This document shows, in pieces, positions 37,381 to 50,802 of a DNA stretch of 64,000 bases. The stretch is taken from contig NC_068984.1 of the NCBI RefSeq assembly GCF_001194135.2, forward strand, positions 135,411,388 through 135,475,387. Direction: 5' to 3'. This DNA is from Octopus bimaculoides. Lineage: Eukaryota. The position numbers and the translations under genes are program-made. Every line of letters starts with the position of its first letter. Positions within the stretch are counted from its first letter, which is position 1. The notes below the pieces were generated by a model. That model was not told where the DNA came from, searched no databases, and saw nothing but the letters and a program-made list of their open reading frames with translations.

Positions 37381-39880
37381 GCATGCCACGTATCATCCAA
37401 AGTCACTGTTCATCTACGCTTGAAAATCGCTAGTAATCTCACCTGGTGATTTCAGATTAATAGAATATAAAAAGTTGCATTACAAGTTATAAATTTTATC
37501 TTCAGAAGAAGGAAATAATTTGAACTCCAATAGTTGCTCATATTTTAGAAAAAACGTAAGTGAAATCCACACAACCATTTCTGTAACATCGCTGCCGCCA
37601 CTAAACTTGTTAGCTGACAGGACGTGAAAACGAGCGCTATCCTGTTGATTGGAAATTACTCATACACTAACTAGACACGTTAGTTTCTAATTCCACCACC
37701 ACTACAGATGTATATCTTATTCATAGTTTCCTAGTTGCATACCGGCTCCATTCATTCTCAAATTTCGCATGCATCTATTTTATTCTACCCACTGCTTCTG
37801 TCGTCTCTCCTTAGATTGATATTACACTTCACGACGTTTCCTACCGATGGATTTTATCCTTAACATTCTGCCCAGTAGAAATAACATCTTGTATCTATTA
37901 TTCAATGCGAAAAAATCATCTATTTTCACTTCTGAATATATTCTTATTTCATTTTTCATGAGATATTTTTGAAATCCGTCGGTTCTCAATGCCCAGTTTG
38001 TCATATTCTTGTGATTTAACAATATACCCTAGCTCTTGGAATCCTATGATTTATACTAGTTCTAATTTTTTTCATATTCTTATTGTACTACAGAGGATTT
38101 TGAAAATTGTACTCCTTATTTGGTTTCATATTTTCGTAGATCAAAGAATGCAGGATTTCTTGGTACTTACTTTGGTTATCTATTTTTCACTATAATGTTA
38201 GATTTCAAAAATGTGATAACTAAGAAAAGTTATTGCTATCTTTTGTGTAGGCGTTTTTATTGCGAGGAAGCCAATCTTTGCATCAATTTCTGATGCTTGC
38301 ATAATAACTCCTTCAGCATTAAATATAAAGAAAACATTTTTTTCCCATATTTTATCACAAATCTTTCATCTTTACGCTTATCATTAGAACTATACATCTC
38401 TCACACCTACACAGAAGTATTTCCATCTTAGGATTATTATCCTTACTAACATTTTCTAAATTTAGATAAATTTCCCTGAGATTCTTCGCATGTACAGATC
38501 TCTTCATAAATTCATCTGTCCATTTCTGTTACCATTTATTTGGTTTATATTATGAAGTTTATTGAGGTTTGAATTTATTGTATTTTTCTTGTCTCTTGAA
38601 CCATGTCTATCATTCCGATTTATATCCTTTACATGTTGATAACTGTTTGCTTCAGTTATTCTATTTTCATAAATGGTTTGTGATTGTCTTGTTATTTGCA
38701 TCTGTGGGTTTTGATCAATAAAGTACATGTCCATGTTGATCGGATATCGATTTATCTGCTGATATGAAAATTGTTAACGCGCTTTCCTTGAAACAAATTG
38801 AATGTAAGCATTCCTAAACGCAAATTATTTGAATTACTTTTCATTCACTGGAGGCGGTACTTTCTTTTGGTACTTTCTGTCTGGATGAAATAAATACCAG
38901 TAACATTTTGACTGGTTTAATCTACAACGTACACCCAGGATTTGTATGGTTTTGTTTACTTGTATGACTCAGTTATTTAACCATAACCTTTATTCGATTC
39001 ATTTTATTTGATGTTCATTTTAGCCATATTTAGTTTTGTGTTTACAAAATGTACCCGCCGTAAGTTACTAGGAAGCTTCTTATCGCATATTCTTATGAGT
39101 AAGAACACAATAACATGATCTTTCGTGGCAGGGACTCAATCTATAAGGCGATTCATTGATGAAACCTATTCCTATCAGCTGTTTCCCCATAAAGGCCTAG
39201 ATAAGATGAATGCAGTATAATGGATGCTTTTATATATATCCAAAGTTGAGGCAACATCTTAAATGACATGAGGCATTAGATCTCTCAACCAGAATGAAAT
39301 ACAATGAGTCCGAATATATTTCTCATAATGTCTGTATATCCATTATACTATGGCAGTATATTATAGCTAACGTGTGGAGTAATAAGTAATAAAAATAAAG
39401 CTGTAATAATTCTGGAATGCTTTGCACAGAAGGTATCATTGTTTTATAAAGTACATTGATTGTATTTGACCGGCAGTAATGCAATTTCTCAGAGTATTAC
39501 ATTGTAACAGTCTGCTTCTGCCATTAAAACCGATACTATTTTCATCAATACGGTGTCCATTAGTTCAATCCCTTGTTCTCGTAATTTTCTTATTTCTTAT
39601 ATATTACAGAAGACTGAAACACAGCACAATTTACTATATCAAATCGAATGAAGAAATACGAAAATTACTATGAATGTTTTGCAAGAGTTAATGCCGAAAG
39701 AACATTCCCATATGAGGATCAAAAACTAGATCAATATATTTATGATATTTGTGTAGTCAACATTTCCCCTCCTCTATAAGGTGTGTGTAGCTAATCATAA
39801 GACATCAAAATTCAGTATATTACCTAAATTCACAAAAACTTCATTCTGAAGAATTATTCATATTCATATATCTATCTTAT

Positions 39881-40085
39881 TTTTTTACTTGTTTCAATCG
39901 TTAGGCTGCGGCCATGTGGAGTACCATTTCTAAGAGCAGTTAGTCTACGAATGGGCGCCAGAACTTATAATTTTAAACATGGCTTCTATTTCAACGGTCT
40001 CTTGTGCTGGACTACTCTGTTACTGAGACGTAAACATACCTAAACAGGTTGTCAAATAGTACCAGGAGACAGACACAAACACAAA
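39881..40085 (-). mobile_element. Degraded SINE family B, 3' half
   Basis: TTTTTTACTTGTTTCA..GCTGCGGCCATG..GACGTAAACA..GGTTGTCAA..GACAGACACAAAC. Confidence 0.6.
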
Positions 40086-41544
40086 ACAAACACACAATTA
40101 TACATATATATATATATATACTATTACACACCTACGAGGTATTCATAAAGGAATAGACAGAGAGAGACAGACTATCTGAAGAATATAGAAATATCTACAA
40201 AACATTTCACTCGATTGTTTTCTCCAATTTAATTGTTTTTCGCATTTTACTCTTATTTGAAAAAGTATAAAAGACGGAAACCGGTACTAAAATGTGCTTC
40301 ATAATAAAATTATTTTAGCATTTTCTACCTTGTCTTATTTTCCTTATATATATATANNNNNNNNNNNNNNNNNNNNNNNNNNNNNNNNNNNNNNNNNNNN
40401 NNNNNNNNNNNNNNNNNNNNNNNNNNNNNNNNNNNNNNNNNNNNNNNNNNNNNNNNNNNNNNNNNNNNNNNNNNNNNNNNNNNNNNNNNNNNNNNNNNNN
40501 NNNNNNNNNNNNNNCTGATCAGTGATCTTTCAAACGCAGTATCACCGTTAAAATAGCAGAGAAGTTCGGTATTAGTACTCCCCACAAGGCGGAAAATTTT
40601 GTAGACAAAAACCCATGTCATGTATATATATATACATATACGACAGGAATCTTTCACCTTCCGTCTACCAGATGAATTTTGGGGTATTCGTAATCTGGTT
40701 CCATATGCTATCGCACATCCAATTTATGCTTTCGTCTTTAGCATCAATTTTCACCAAACATCAATATCTCTGACGGAATAAAAAGTAACGCAGATGAGTC
40801 TGTCCTACATAATTCAGGCGAATTGTTTTATAAACCTTGTAAACTAATTTTAGCTTAAAAGTGCAAATAACTTGCACGTATCATCTACAAACGTCTTTAT
40901 CTCCATTTAATGGTGCTAAACAAAATGCTGTGATTAGGTAAGAATCATTAAAAAAAACAGTTATATGATGTAAGAATTGAATCGTATCTGCTGTAGATGT
41001 GAATATAATTCTATAAATTCTAGAGATGTTTTAATTTAATTATTTGAAATATTTGCAATATATTCTTTTGTAGATCACACTAGGCATTTCATATATTTAC
41101 TTGAGAGAATATATATAATTCACTCCCTATATTGAATTTAGTTTCATATTGGGTATTTCGAATTCAGCTGCAAGATAAGGCATTATTGCATGCCGCTCTT
41201 TTGTATTCGGTATGCGCGATGATATAAGATTTTTAAAATCTTTATTAGTTACTATTAGTTTGTACCTGTGCGAAAACTATACTGAAACGATAAGAAGAAC
41301 TAAAGCAGTAAAACACGGTTGTGAGAAGTATTGATCTATGGTGGAATTTCTTAGAAATGTGTGACAGTTAGGCTTCGTCAAATTAGCATATTGTTACCGT
41401 AAAAGACAGATGATATATGCTAGTAGCATGAACATATAAAAGGAATCGATATATTTGAGCAAATATAAAGATAAATCTTCACGAGTCAATATAATATCAT
41501 GGCACATTTAACAAACCCACCATATGGCATTTGGGTGTCTTTAG

Positions 41545-41630
41545 CAGAGTTCACTGGATTTCACAATTTAGACAATTTCTCCGATCTGTGGAAAATTCGA
41601 TATTCTGATGGTCTGAATCCTACTACAACA
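41545..41630 (+). CDS. Candidate internal exon (EFTGFHNLDNFSDLWKIRYSDGLNPTTT), unidentified
   Basis: Acceptor GTGTCTTTAG|CAG, strong donor ACA|GTAAGC, only one open frame (phase 1->0). Confidence 0.3.
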
Positions 41631-41887
41631 GTAAGCAGTTTGGTCATTGAAAGAATGTATCGAAATATCGAGTCTTTTCAGACAAGCTAGCCAACCTGAA
41701 ATGGGGCAAAACTTCTCCTTCATAACAAGTCACATAAATCACAGTTGCTCGTTATGTTATATTGGAGTGGCAATATATTGACTTCTCGTTACTTATTTCA
41801 CGTGTGTGGTTTATTAGTAGACTAACCGAAAAAGTCAACGGTTGACCGTGGAACTCAAATCCATATCTCCTGTAGGCATAACATTCA

Positions 41888-41926
<39 letters not shown>

Positions 41927-41927
41927 G

Positions 41928-42266
41928 CACGAGTTAAAGAATGGAGTGTATAAGATCCGGGCTACATATGTCTCATAGTAAGTGAAACATCGGAAGTGAC
42001 AAATATCCAAGCGAGGTGTATACCCCAGGCTACTCTTGATTAAATGAAAGTTTACATAGTTGCAAGGAGGTACATTCTGATTGAATCTCCCATGTGTTAA
42101 CATGTACCTCCTTGCGACAATGTAATCCGTCATGTGATCAAGATATCCTTGGCCTGAAGAGTAGCCTACAGTATACACCTCGCTTGGATATATACCATTT
42201 CCGAGGTTCCTTTTGTTATGAAACATATGTAGCCCGCATTTTATCTACTATATTCCTTAACTCTTG
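41928..42266. mobile_element. Foldback/MITE-like element with ~110-bp imperfect TIRs and an inner 14-bp perfect inverted repeat
   Basis: 41928-42037 versus 42157-42266 share e.g. CGGGCTACATATGT, ATATCCAAGCGAGGTGTATAC and AGGCTACTCTT. The inner pair is GCAAGGAGGTACAT(42062-75)/ATGTACCTCCTTGC(42102-15). Confidence 0.85.
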
Positions 42267-42756
42267 TATTCTTATTCGCACACCCAGCAAACCTGTTTTC
42301 CTATCGTTAAGTATAAAAGGAACGTTTTTTACAATTTATCGTACTTCGATAAGAAAAACAGAAACCACAATCTTCGATTCCAATAAACAACTATTGTCCC
42401 TGAAAGTTTTTTTTTTTTAATATTTACAACGGATTGCTTGAAGCTAACATTCTTCCTACACCTCGATCCTTGGATCTTTTATNNNNNNNNNNNNNNNNNN
42501 NNNNNNNNNNNNNNNNNNNNNNNNNNNNNNNNNNNNNNNNNNNNNNNNNNNNNNNNNNNNNNNNNNNNNNNNNNNNNNNNNNNNNNNNNNNNNNNNNNNN
42601 NNNNNNNNNNNNNNNNNNNNNNNNNNNNNNNNNNNNNNNNNNNNNNNNNNNNNNNNNNNNNNNNNNNNNNNNNNNNNNNNNNNNNNNNNNNNNNNNNNNN
42701 NNNNNNNNNNNNNNNNNNNNNNNNNNNNNNNNNNNNNNNNNNNNNNNNNNNNNNNN

Positions 42757-42799
<43 letters not shown>

Positions 42800-45039
42800 G
42801 TATGTATACATATTCTGTATGAATGTATAGAAATATATAGATACATATACACACGTCTGTATGTGTTTTATACAATTCCTTTTTTAAATATTATATTCAT
42901 CTGTTGTACTCCTTTTTGTACCAGCGATCATGTCGCTTTTCTCCTAAGTGTTAACCTCACTCTCATGTTCACTCTCTGTTTCAATTCCTTCCAACATTGA
43001 TTTGTGCATACGAATCCCATACGCTTATTCAGAGGCTGACAGATTTCCTCGCGTTATGGATTATCAATATGAGATGCATGTGCTCCATCCTCTTCCATTT
43101 TGCATGACAATATCTCACAAACGTGTGCATAACTTTTTTCAGTCAGTAATCTATGTAACTATGAATGTTTGACTATGCTTTTAACAGTACGAATGACATT
43201 TTATCTTATTCTATTTTTTTTTTTTTTATAAAATATATATATATCGATATAATATCATCAGCTTAATATACTATATTTTCTGTTTTTGACTTTCAAATAT
43301 ATTGAAAAGAATTTTAGTTACAATGACATATTTATAGCTGACAGGTGAATATTATGAAACATTTTTATTTCGTATTTGAATTTTTACAATTTATTTGTTT
43401 CTTTTTTGTCTATATAGCATATACATTTAATATCCATTTCGTAAATTTCCTCGAACACTTTGTTTTTTATTTTATTTCACTGCTCAGATTATTAATAATA
43501 GTATGCACGTGCTTGAGATGTATATCTTTCAGAAAAAAAGAAAAGAATACAAAAAGAACGTTTGTTTTTTTCTTCTTTCAGGCTACTTATTACTCGACAT
43601 AAAGTAATTACGTCTGTTATTCATGTACATATCTAACCTCAAATACAGATATTAAAGTGTTATTCGTTACTGATCCATTATAAATGAATTTTAGATGTGA
43701 AGGGCTGGAGACAATATAACAGTGGTGAACGAAATCTAATAATCTCCCAAGTTTATTATGACTACCAAATAACTTCCAATGTTGGTCAAACCAATAAAAT
43801 GATATACCAACCTGAACACATTTAAATCAATTCTGAAATCATGAGTACGGGTGGAAACCGTTTCTTTGTTCCAATTCCTTGCATTGTAGCATACTACACA
43901 AATCACACCAAAGCTGCGGTTTGTGCTGAGATATCGGGCGCTAGAAAATACCCATGATTCTTATAATTTATCTCGTTGTCGTTCTTCGTTATGAGTTTTC
44001 TATGTAAATGAAATTTGAGAGCATTAGATATTCAATATATATATATGATATAACTATATATATTGAGAGTTAAGGCGCTGGACTCACGGTATTTTTCGAA
44101 GGTTGTAACATAATCTGTTTGAGCCACAAGAAATATGTGTTTAATCAATAAGCGCGAAAACCTAAAGTAATGAAACAACAACCAAGCTATATAATTGAAA
44201 GCGGGTTTCGTAATACGAACTCAAATGACTGAAAGCGAGATGCAACTCGTTGATTTTATATTTGTCTGAAATAAGAATGGCGAAAGTATATTCAGTTGCC
44301 GTCGAAAGCACCCCAATAGATTTGATATAGGAGTTCATCTAGTTCTTCAAACTTTCACTCCAAACTCTCATCACTTAAGATTCTGCAAATGTATTTCTAA
44401 TGAAGAATTCATTTCAACATTTCTTTCGTAAAATCAATGAAAAATACTTCAACAGTTTATTTGAATTATTAAATAATGCTAGTGGCGTATGAAATTTGTG
44501 AATTGCTCGATTTGTTCTGTGAATATAAAAATACATTGACACACACACACACTTGCGCGCATGTATGTATGTATACCTTCATTCCATTGTGTTGTATTGT
44601 ACTGAACTGAATTGAAAAATTTGAGGTTATTGAAAACCCGTTAAGAAATTCAAGGATAGAATCTGCGTCTTAAAAAATGCTTAAATACATGCATGGTTGT
44701 TGTGTTTAGTATTTTAAGACAGCAACGAGTGTAATATACTGTATTTTGTACTTAGGTTTAAATACACGGCAAAAGAAATATTTAACTGTAAAGTACATTA
44801 ATATTCTTCCCCTTTAACTACGGGTAAACACACGTACACATATATGCAAACATGTACGTGTATATATATATATATATTTATATATATATCATGGACTCTG
44901 CTGACGTTAGACGATATATTAGGGTTCGGCAATTTCATGCCGGTCAACCACTCAGATGATTTGTTTTTAGTGATCAATTGTTTGCTTACGCATCAGCTCA
45001 CTCACTCCATCAAATCGACATCACCTGTACAGATGGATA

Positions 45040-45370
45040 TCATGCCACATGTCATCTAGAGCGAGGACATATACTGCAATAGCTTGGGACTCAATGGCCT
45101 GCAGTTATTAAATGCCTAACCGAAATATCCGATGGGCCTTCATGGAGTAGGAGTAGATGTTTTCAAGAAAAAACTTGATTTGCTGCTCTCTAGAGTCCCA
45201 GACGACTCTATATCATGCCAAGAAACTCAAAATCGACCGGCTGTATAGAACACCCTCTTTCACCAAAAGCCAATGACATAAGAATGACCACTGCAGAGGG
45301 GTAGTTTCAGTAGCGGTACTCCTGTTTGGCCATCGTCTTCTTTGTGCTAAAACATATGGAAGAAATTAAA
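45040..45370 (+). mobile_element. CR1/L2-like LINE 3' end, decayed
   Basis: Reads IYCNSLGLNGLQLLNA*PKYPMGLHGVGVDVFKKKLDLLLSRVPDD, typical of the post-RT C-terminus (N.LP..L....FK..LD..L..VPD). It is followed by a 3' tail resembling that of SINE family B. Confidence 0.7.
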
Positions 45371-45742
45371 TATATATATATATATATATATATANNNNNN
45401 NNNNNNNNNNNNNNNNNNNNNNNNNNNNNNNNNNNNNNNNNNNNNNNNNNNNNNNNNNNNNNNNNNNNNNNNNNNNNNNNNNNNNNNNNNNNNNNNNNNN
45501 NNNNNNNNNNNNNNNNNNNNNNNNNNNNNNNNNNNNNNNNNNNNNNNNNNNNNNNNNNNNNNNNNNNNNNNNNNNNNNNNNNNNNNNNNNNNNNNNNNNN
45601 NNNNNNNNNNNNNNNNNNNNNNNNNNNNNNNNNNNNNNNNNNNNNNNNNNNNNNNNNNNNNNNNNNNNNNNNNNNNNNNNNNNNNNNNNNNNNNNNNNNN
45701 NNNNNNNNNNNNNNNNNNNNNNNNNNNATATATATATATATC

Positions 45743-46647
45743 CTAGCTGACGTACCCTGTAATCCCCGGGAAAGCGGGGGTTCATCCCATGGTTCTGTTT
45801 TCATAATTGTTTCGCTAATCCAGTAACAACAGTACAAAGTATGTATCCCTTAAAACGGTTTTTGTGTATTTACAGAGAATACTGAACTCTCTTACACAGG
45901 ATCTTCTTTTTAGAAATTCCCAATAAGTTATGAACACACAAATTGTGAAGATAGTTATGTAAGAACATGAAATTAGTAACAGAATAAATTAGCCCCGAAA
46001 TGGGTTTTAATGCGTTCTCAGATTACATAGAACATAGGAGGAAATATTCATAAGGTATATATACTAAATTCGTGAAGTATGTTACATAATAACAGACTCA
46101 TCAGATATAAAATAATAATAATTCAAAGTAAATAACTCTGAAAAGATCTTGTGTGCGTTCCCAGAAGATATTACTTTCAGGGGCGCTAGTGTTGGTATAT
46201 TCATGAATAAGTCACTAACCGAAATAAGTGGATCTATTGTTTATGAAAATACTATTTATTTGTTTAAGGGTTGTACTGGATAAATTGCGAAACTAACTCT
46301 AACCGTTCAAATACTAAGAAATAAGTATACTCAATTTCATTTTTATCAAATAATTTAGGATAATGAATGAGTTATTTCCCCTGGTTCTACATAAGGATCC
46401 TTCCCAGTGGCGAGTGGGTTATTTCCCTTGGCTTTTAAAATAAAATATATTAGATATCTATGAGGATCTCTTCCAGGGGCCCCATTATCGATTTTTTTTT
46501 CTGCAATCTGAGTATGCGATGAGCTTTCCAGACAAGACTTGTACTCGCGTGTCAAGTTTCATCAAAAGGGATAAAACGTTGTAGGAGGAGTTAGATAACA
46601 ACTCCACAAACACACCCACAGACAGAATTTCCCATACATGTAGTAGA
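45743..46647 (-). mobile_element. Probable non-autonomous Helitron
   Basis: The minus strand starts A|TCTACTA at 46647 and ends in an imperfect CCCGG/CAGGG hairpin about 8 nt before CTAG (45743-46). A subterminal AAGTTTCATCAAAA..GTAGGAGGAGTTAG..ACAGACAG block is present. The expected 3' T flank is a G. Confidence 0.5.
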
Positions 46648-49437
46648 TATATATATATATGTATAATTATGTGAAAAAAGTACACTATCATTTTCTCTAA
46701 GACAAATACACTAATATTCATATGTAGAATCAAATATACCCATACATTCATCAATGCACCCAAGTGCGCGTACGCACACACACAATGACACATACGCGCT
46801 TATATATATTTATAAGTATATTCAGGTATATACAGGGAGATGTAGATATATGTGTATATCTACATCTCCCTATACATAAGGATTACTGTTTGGAAATACA
46901 TACTCACGCTCACCGAAACATACGCACACTAACACGTGTTCTTCTAATCTGAAGCTAATGTTTTCGAACCTATCATAATTTAACACATAATATACATAGC
47001 AAAAAATCATATTCTAAATCATATGCACAGACATTATAGACGACCACTGGTTTTCTTTTTGTTTCAGGAATTTGTTTCTCCACTTCATAAATGTAAATTC
47101 ATGTCTGCAAAAAAAATTTGAAGTCATTCTTGAAATATATAATCTTCAGAACCTTCAGGCAAGACATTAATCTAGACAAAAATGAACAGATACATACATG
47201 CATTGCATAATAATAGATAATAGTAAGAACTCTAACAGACAATCACACATGTTGAAGCGCAAAACGAAAACTCATGTTTCTGTAGCAATGCTCAGGCACA
47301 CATATACATATACATATACATATATATTCTAGCCCTTTCATATGTGTCACCAAATCATTGATAGTAACGTGTTGTCCTTTGAAATATCACTTTCATAATA
47401 TAAGCGATCCATATTGTCTTCATTGCTAACAATGTGTGGCACACACTTTCACAGCTAGAAATTTCTGTTAACAGTTTTTAAAAACTATAAATCACAATGA
47501 GATGCGGCGTACGGCAAAATTTATAACTATCTGTCACTATATATAATTTGTACAAACAAGTTTTTCCCTTTAATTAAAATATATACAAATCAACATATCA
47601 CAGTTCTCTACTAAAGGTATATATTGGATTATAGTTAGAGAAATCGCTCTAAAGAAAAAATGAATTAAAAGTATTGTAGTTTAACACATTACTTTCTATT
47701 AATGCTGCTGATTCCTGCCGGACAGTTTCACAGTCATGTAGATGCATAAACACACGCACCCACACACACACACACACATACACACGCGCGCGCGCACACG
47801 CACACACACACATGTTATTACATTATTTAAAATCGAAATAGTCTTGTTTGCCTATGATCTAGCGTTGGCGACTAGCGATGTCATAAATTACTGTTTCGTT
47901 CAGATGATTTCCCATTAAAGATCGTTTATGTAATCGTATAGCCCACTAGTATACGCTAATGAAACACGTGTAAAGATTATGTAAAGTAGGCTGTAGTAAT
48001 AAACAAATTTTGAAACGAATCTTAAGTGTAAATTTTGATCATGTGTATGTAGGTAGGTAGAGATAGATAGATACAGAGAAAGTGGGGAAGAGATAGGGAG
48101 AGGGTGAGAAAGGGAGAGATGGAGGAATGGAGAAATTGACAGATATATAATATATTGAAATTATTGTTGTGTATATGATACAAATATTTTCTCTGAATAC
48201 AGAAATCCTATGAAGAATTTGTAATTTGGAAGATTGATATTTTTGATTTCATTGAATATTATTTAATGGTACGCTGATTGTGCTTAGAAATTATACAATT
48301 TCATTGATGTACGGGTTGCGTATACAGTATTGTTGAATTCCGCTTTCTATTCGTATATAAAGAGCAGAATACATATAGGCGCTTTATTTTAACATGCAGT
48401 TGTTTTTCATTGTATAGAAATTCTTTCGTAAAAACGGAGCCTTTCAAAGAGTTGGAATATATTTTACAAGTTTTCCATAACAATTAGATAGAAAGGCTGG
48501 GTGTTATTACTGACAAGAAGTAAACATCGATCTACATTAATTATGTTTTGTAAGGAATATAAAAATAAAAAAAACATCACTATCCAAAAGTGAAATCTAC
48601 ATTAATAGCACTTTATATTCGATATCTACTTAAATAGCGTGTAACTAAAGTTATTAAAAATATGTAAAGCAAGGTTTGTATATAATATATATTCTCATAA
48701 CGTAAGAATACAATATAACAAAATTTTAATTATTGGAGATGTAACAGAGTCACTATAATACACAAAGAGACACACTCATGTCAATATAAGCTAGTAGTCG
48801 TTGTCGACATAGCTAGAGATTGCTTAACTCTGAGCAGATATGGTTTTCCAGAAATAGACGAACAGCATGGGCTTTACGAATCATATTTATATTTCTAGTA
48901 TGATGCTCCTATTTAAATACCACAACTCTCCGATCAAATATTAGATTCATAAGCATTCACCACACTTACTCGTATCTCAGGTAATCTGTCGACCTTCTAG
49001 TCAGATGTGTGTAATATACTAAACGAAAGAGCATATATAGAGGCCTATTCGTTAGACTTCCAATTATATATACGGCAAATCTTTACACAGTTTCTGTCCC
49101 CTACTTTCAGTCACAAGTTATTTGTGTGTCCGGGCTGTAGCAGGGAAGAGTTGCCCAAAGTGACACTGAGAAATACTAAACCAGACAGAGAGAACGTGTT
49201 TGACATACATATCAAGAACAATACAGCAATGACACGTGATCCAGATGCTCTATCTGGATAGAATAGGTTCTTAGAGTCTGTAGATTGGGGCTTTGGCGCA
49301 AGTCTTAAATTCTTCGTTAGATCCAAATATACCTGGAGAATGATGTATGTTGAAGTACTTGACTCTGGGATATATCTCTGATGATGCATCAATGCGCTGT
49401 ATCTATAGATGGCAGCAGACTGACGATGCATAGGCTT

Positions 49438-49439
<2 letters not shown>

Positions 49440-49500
<61 letters not shown>
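49440..49500. repeat. (TG)n microsatellite
   Basis: Direct reading. Confidence 0.95.
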
Positions 49501-49503
<3 letters not shown>

Positions 49504-50730
49504 GCCTGTGCGTGTGCGTATACATATGTTTGTGATCTGAATGTTGGAATCCTATTCGTTCAATAGGATAACGAAAGCAGAAGGAACATATAAACTTGGT
49601 GGCCTCTATTCAGAACATTCGATTTCCTTTCTACCTGCAGATTCACGTTCCTATTCACATACACATTTAAATGTAAAAATGCGTGTGTGTATGCGTGCGC
49701 ACGCGTATGTCTATGTATACGCCTACACACTTATTCCTTATCTAGAACTATAAATATGAATGGCTAATCTCACTTAGTCTGGATATAAAATGGAGAACTG
49801 GCAATTATGTATTCCTAAGAGCTAATCTTCAAATACCATATTTTGTGCTGTCTATAACACGAAATAATAGATGTGAGATTATCAGGTTGTAATATGTTCA
49901 CATTTATCTATTATGTACGTGTTCATTTATTCTATTCATATACGAATTTTATAATTTTAAAAATCTTCAGTACTATTATATTCAGTTCGCTAAGGTTGAA
50001 TCATATCGATACTAAAATAAAATATATGTAAGCATTGTGTTTTTATTTAATGGTGACCAACGTGATGTCTGCATTGATTTATACAACATGTTAGGCCTAA
50101 TACTGAGACGTTCTGAGGAAGATTCACATAAAACTGTAACAGACTTCTATGCGATTATCTAAAATATCGCTATTAGAGTTTTATATTTCTTGTAGAACAT
50201 ATTTTGAAAAATATATCAACACGTATTTAACGTTTGTTTCACGAATAAAAATCAATGCTGTTTAGTGAAACGTATTCAGAAAATATTATCCCAACCAATA
50301 CCTATATGTTTTAACATATAAGCTTTATTTTGTAAGTGATGCACCGCATGTATTCTACGACACGTGACTAATCTTTTGTATTCGTCAATATCAGATATCA
50401 ATAACTGAGGACTGTACCAGTCGTGAGTAGCCACAGAAAACTTGTGTGCACATATATTCCATTAAATACAATTGCAATACAGCACAAACTTTCCTCATCC
50501 TCTCTATATACACAAAAACATGCATATATCTCTCCCAAAGTAGAATATGAAGTATGTAACCGGTGTATGGATAGATAGAGAGGAGTAAGTTGAAATTATG
50601 TCTGCCCCACTAAATGAAAGAGAAAATCAGTCAAAGAAATGAGGAAGTTCATCCAAAATCCAGTGATCACGAGCTTGTAACAGTAATCTCCTGACATACG
50701 TCTCTCTCTCTGTTTCTGTTTCTGTCTCTA

Positions 50731-50744
<14 letters not shown>

Positions 50745-50800
<56 letters not shown>
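50745..50800. repeat. (TATC)n microsatellite
   Basis: Direct reading. Confidence 0.95.

Positions 50801-50802
<2 letters not shown>

Noticed and set aside
37822-38734. N/Q/K-rich minus-strand ORFs
   Set aside because: The composition follows the AT-rich strand bias, there are no motifs, and the lengths are within chance expectation.
47068-47158. Open frame NLFLHFINVNSCLQKKFEVILEIYNLQ after a strong acceptor, faintly like the anillin C2-type domain
   Set aside because: It needs a GC donor, the similarity is only a few residues, and no other anillin-like exons are present in a compatible order.
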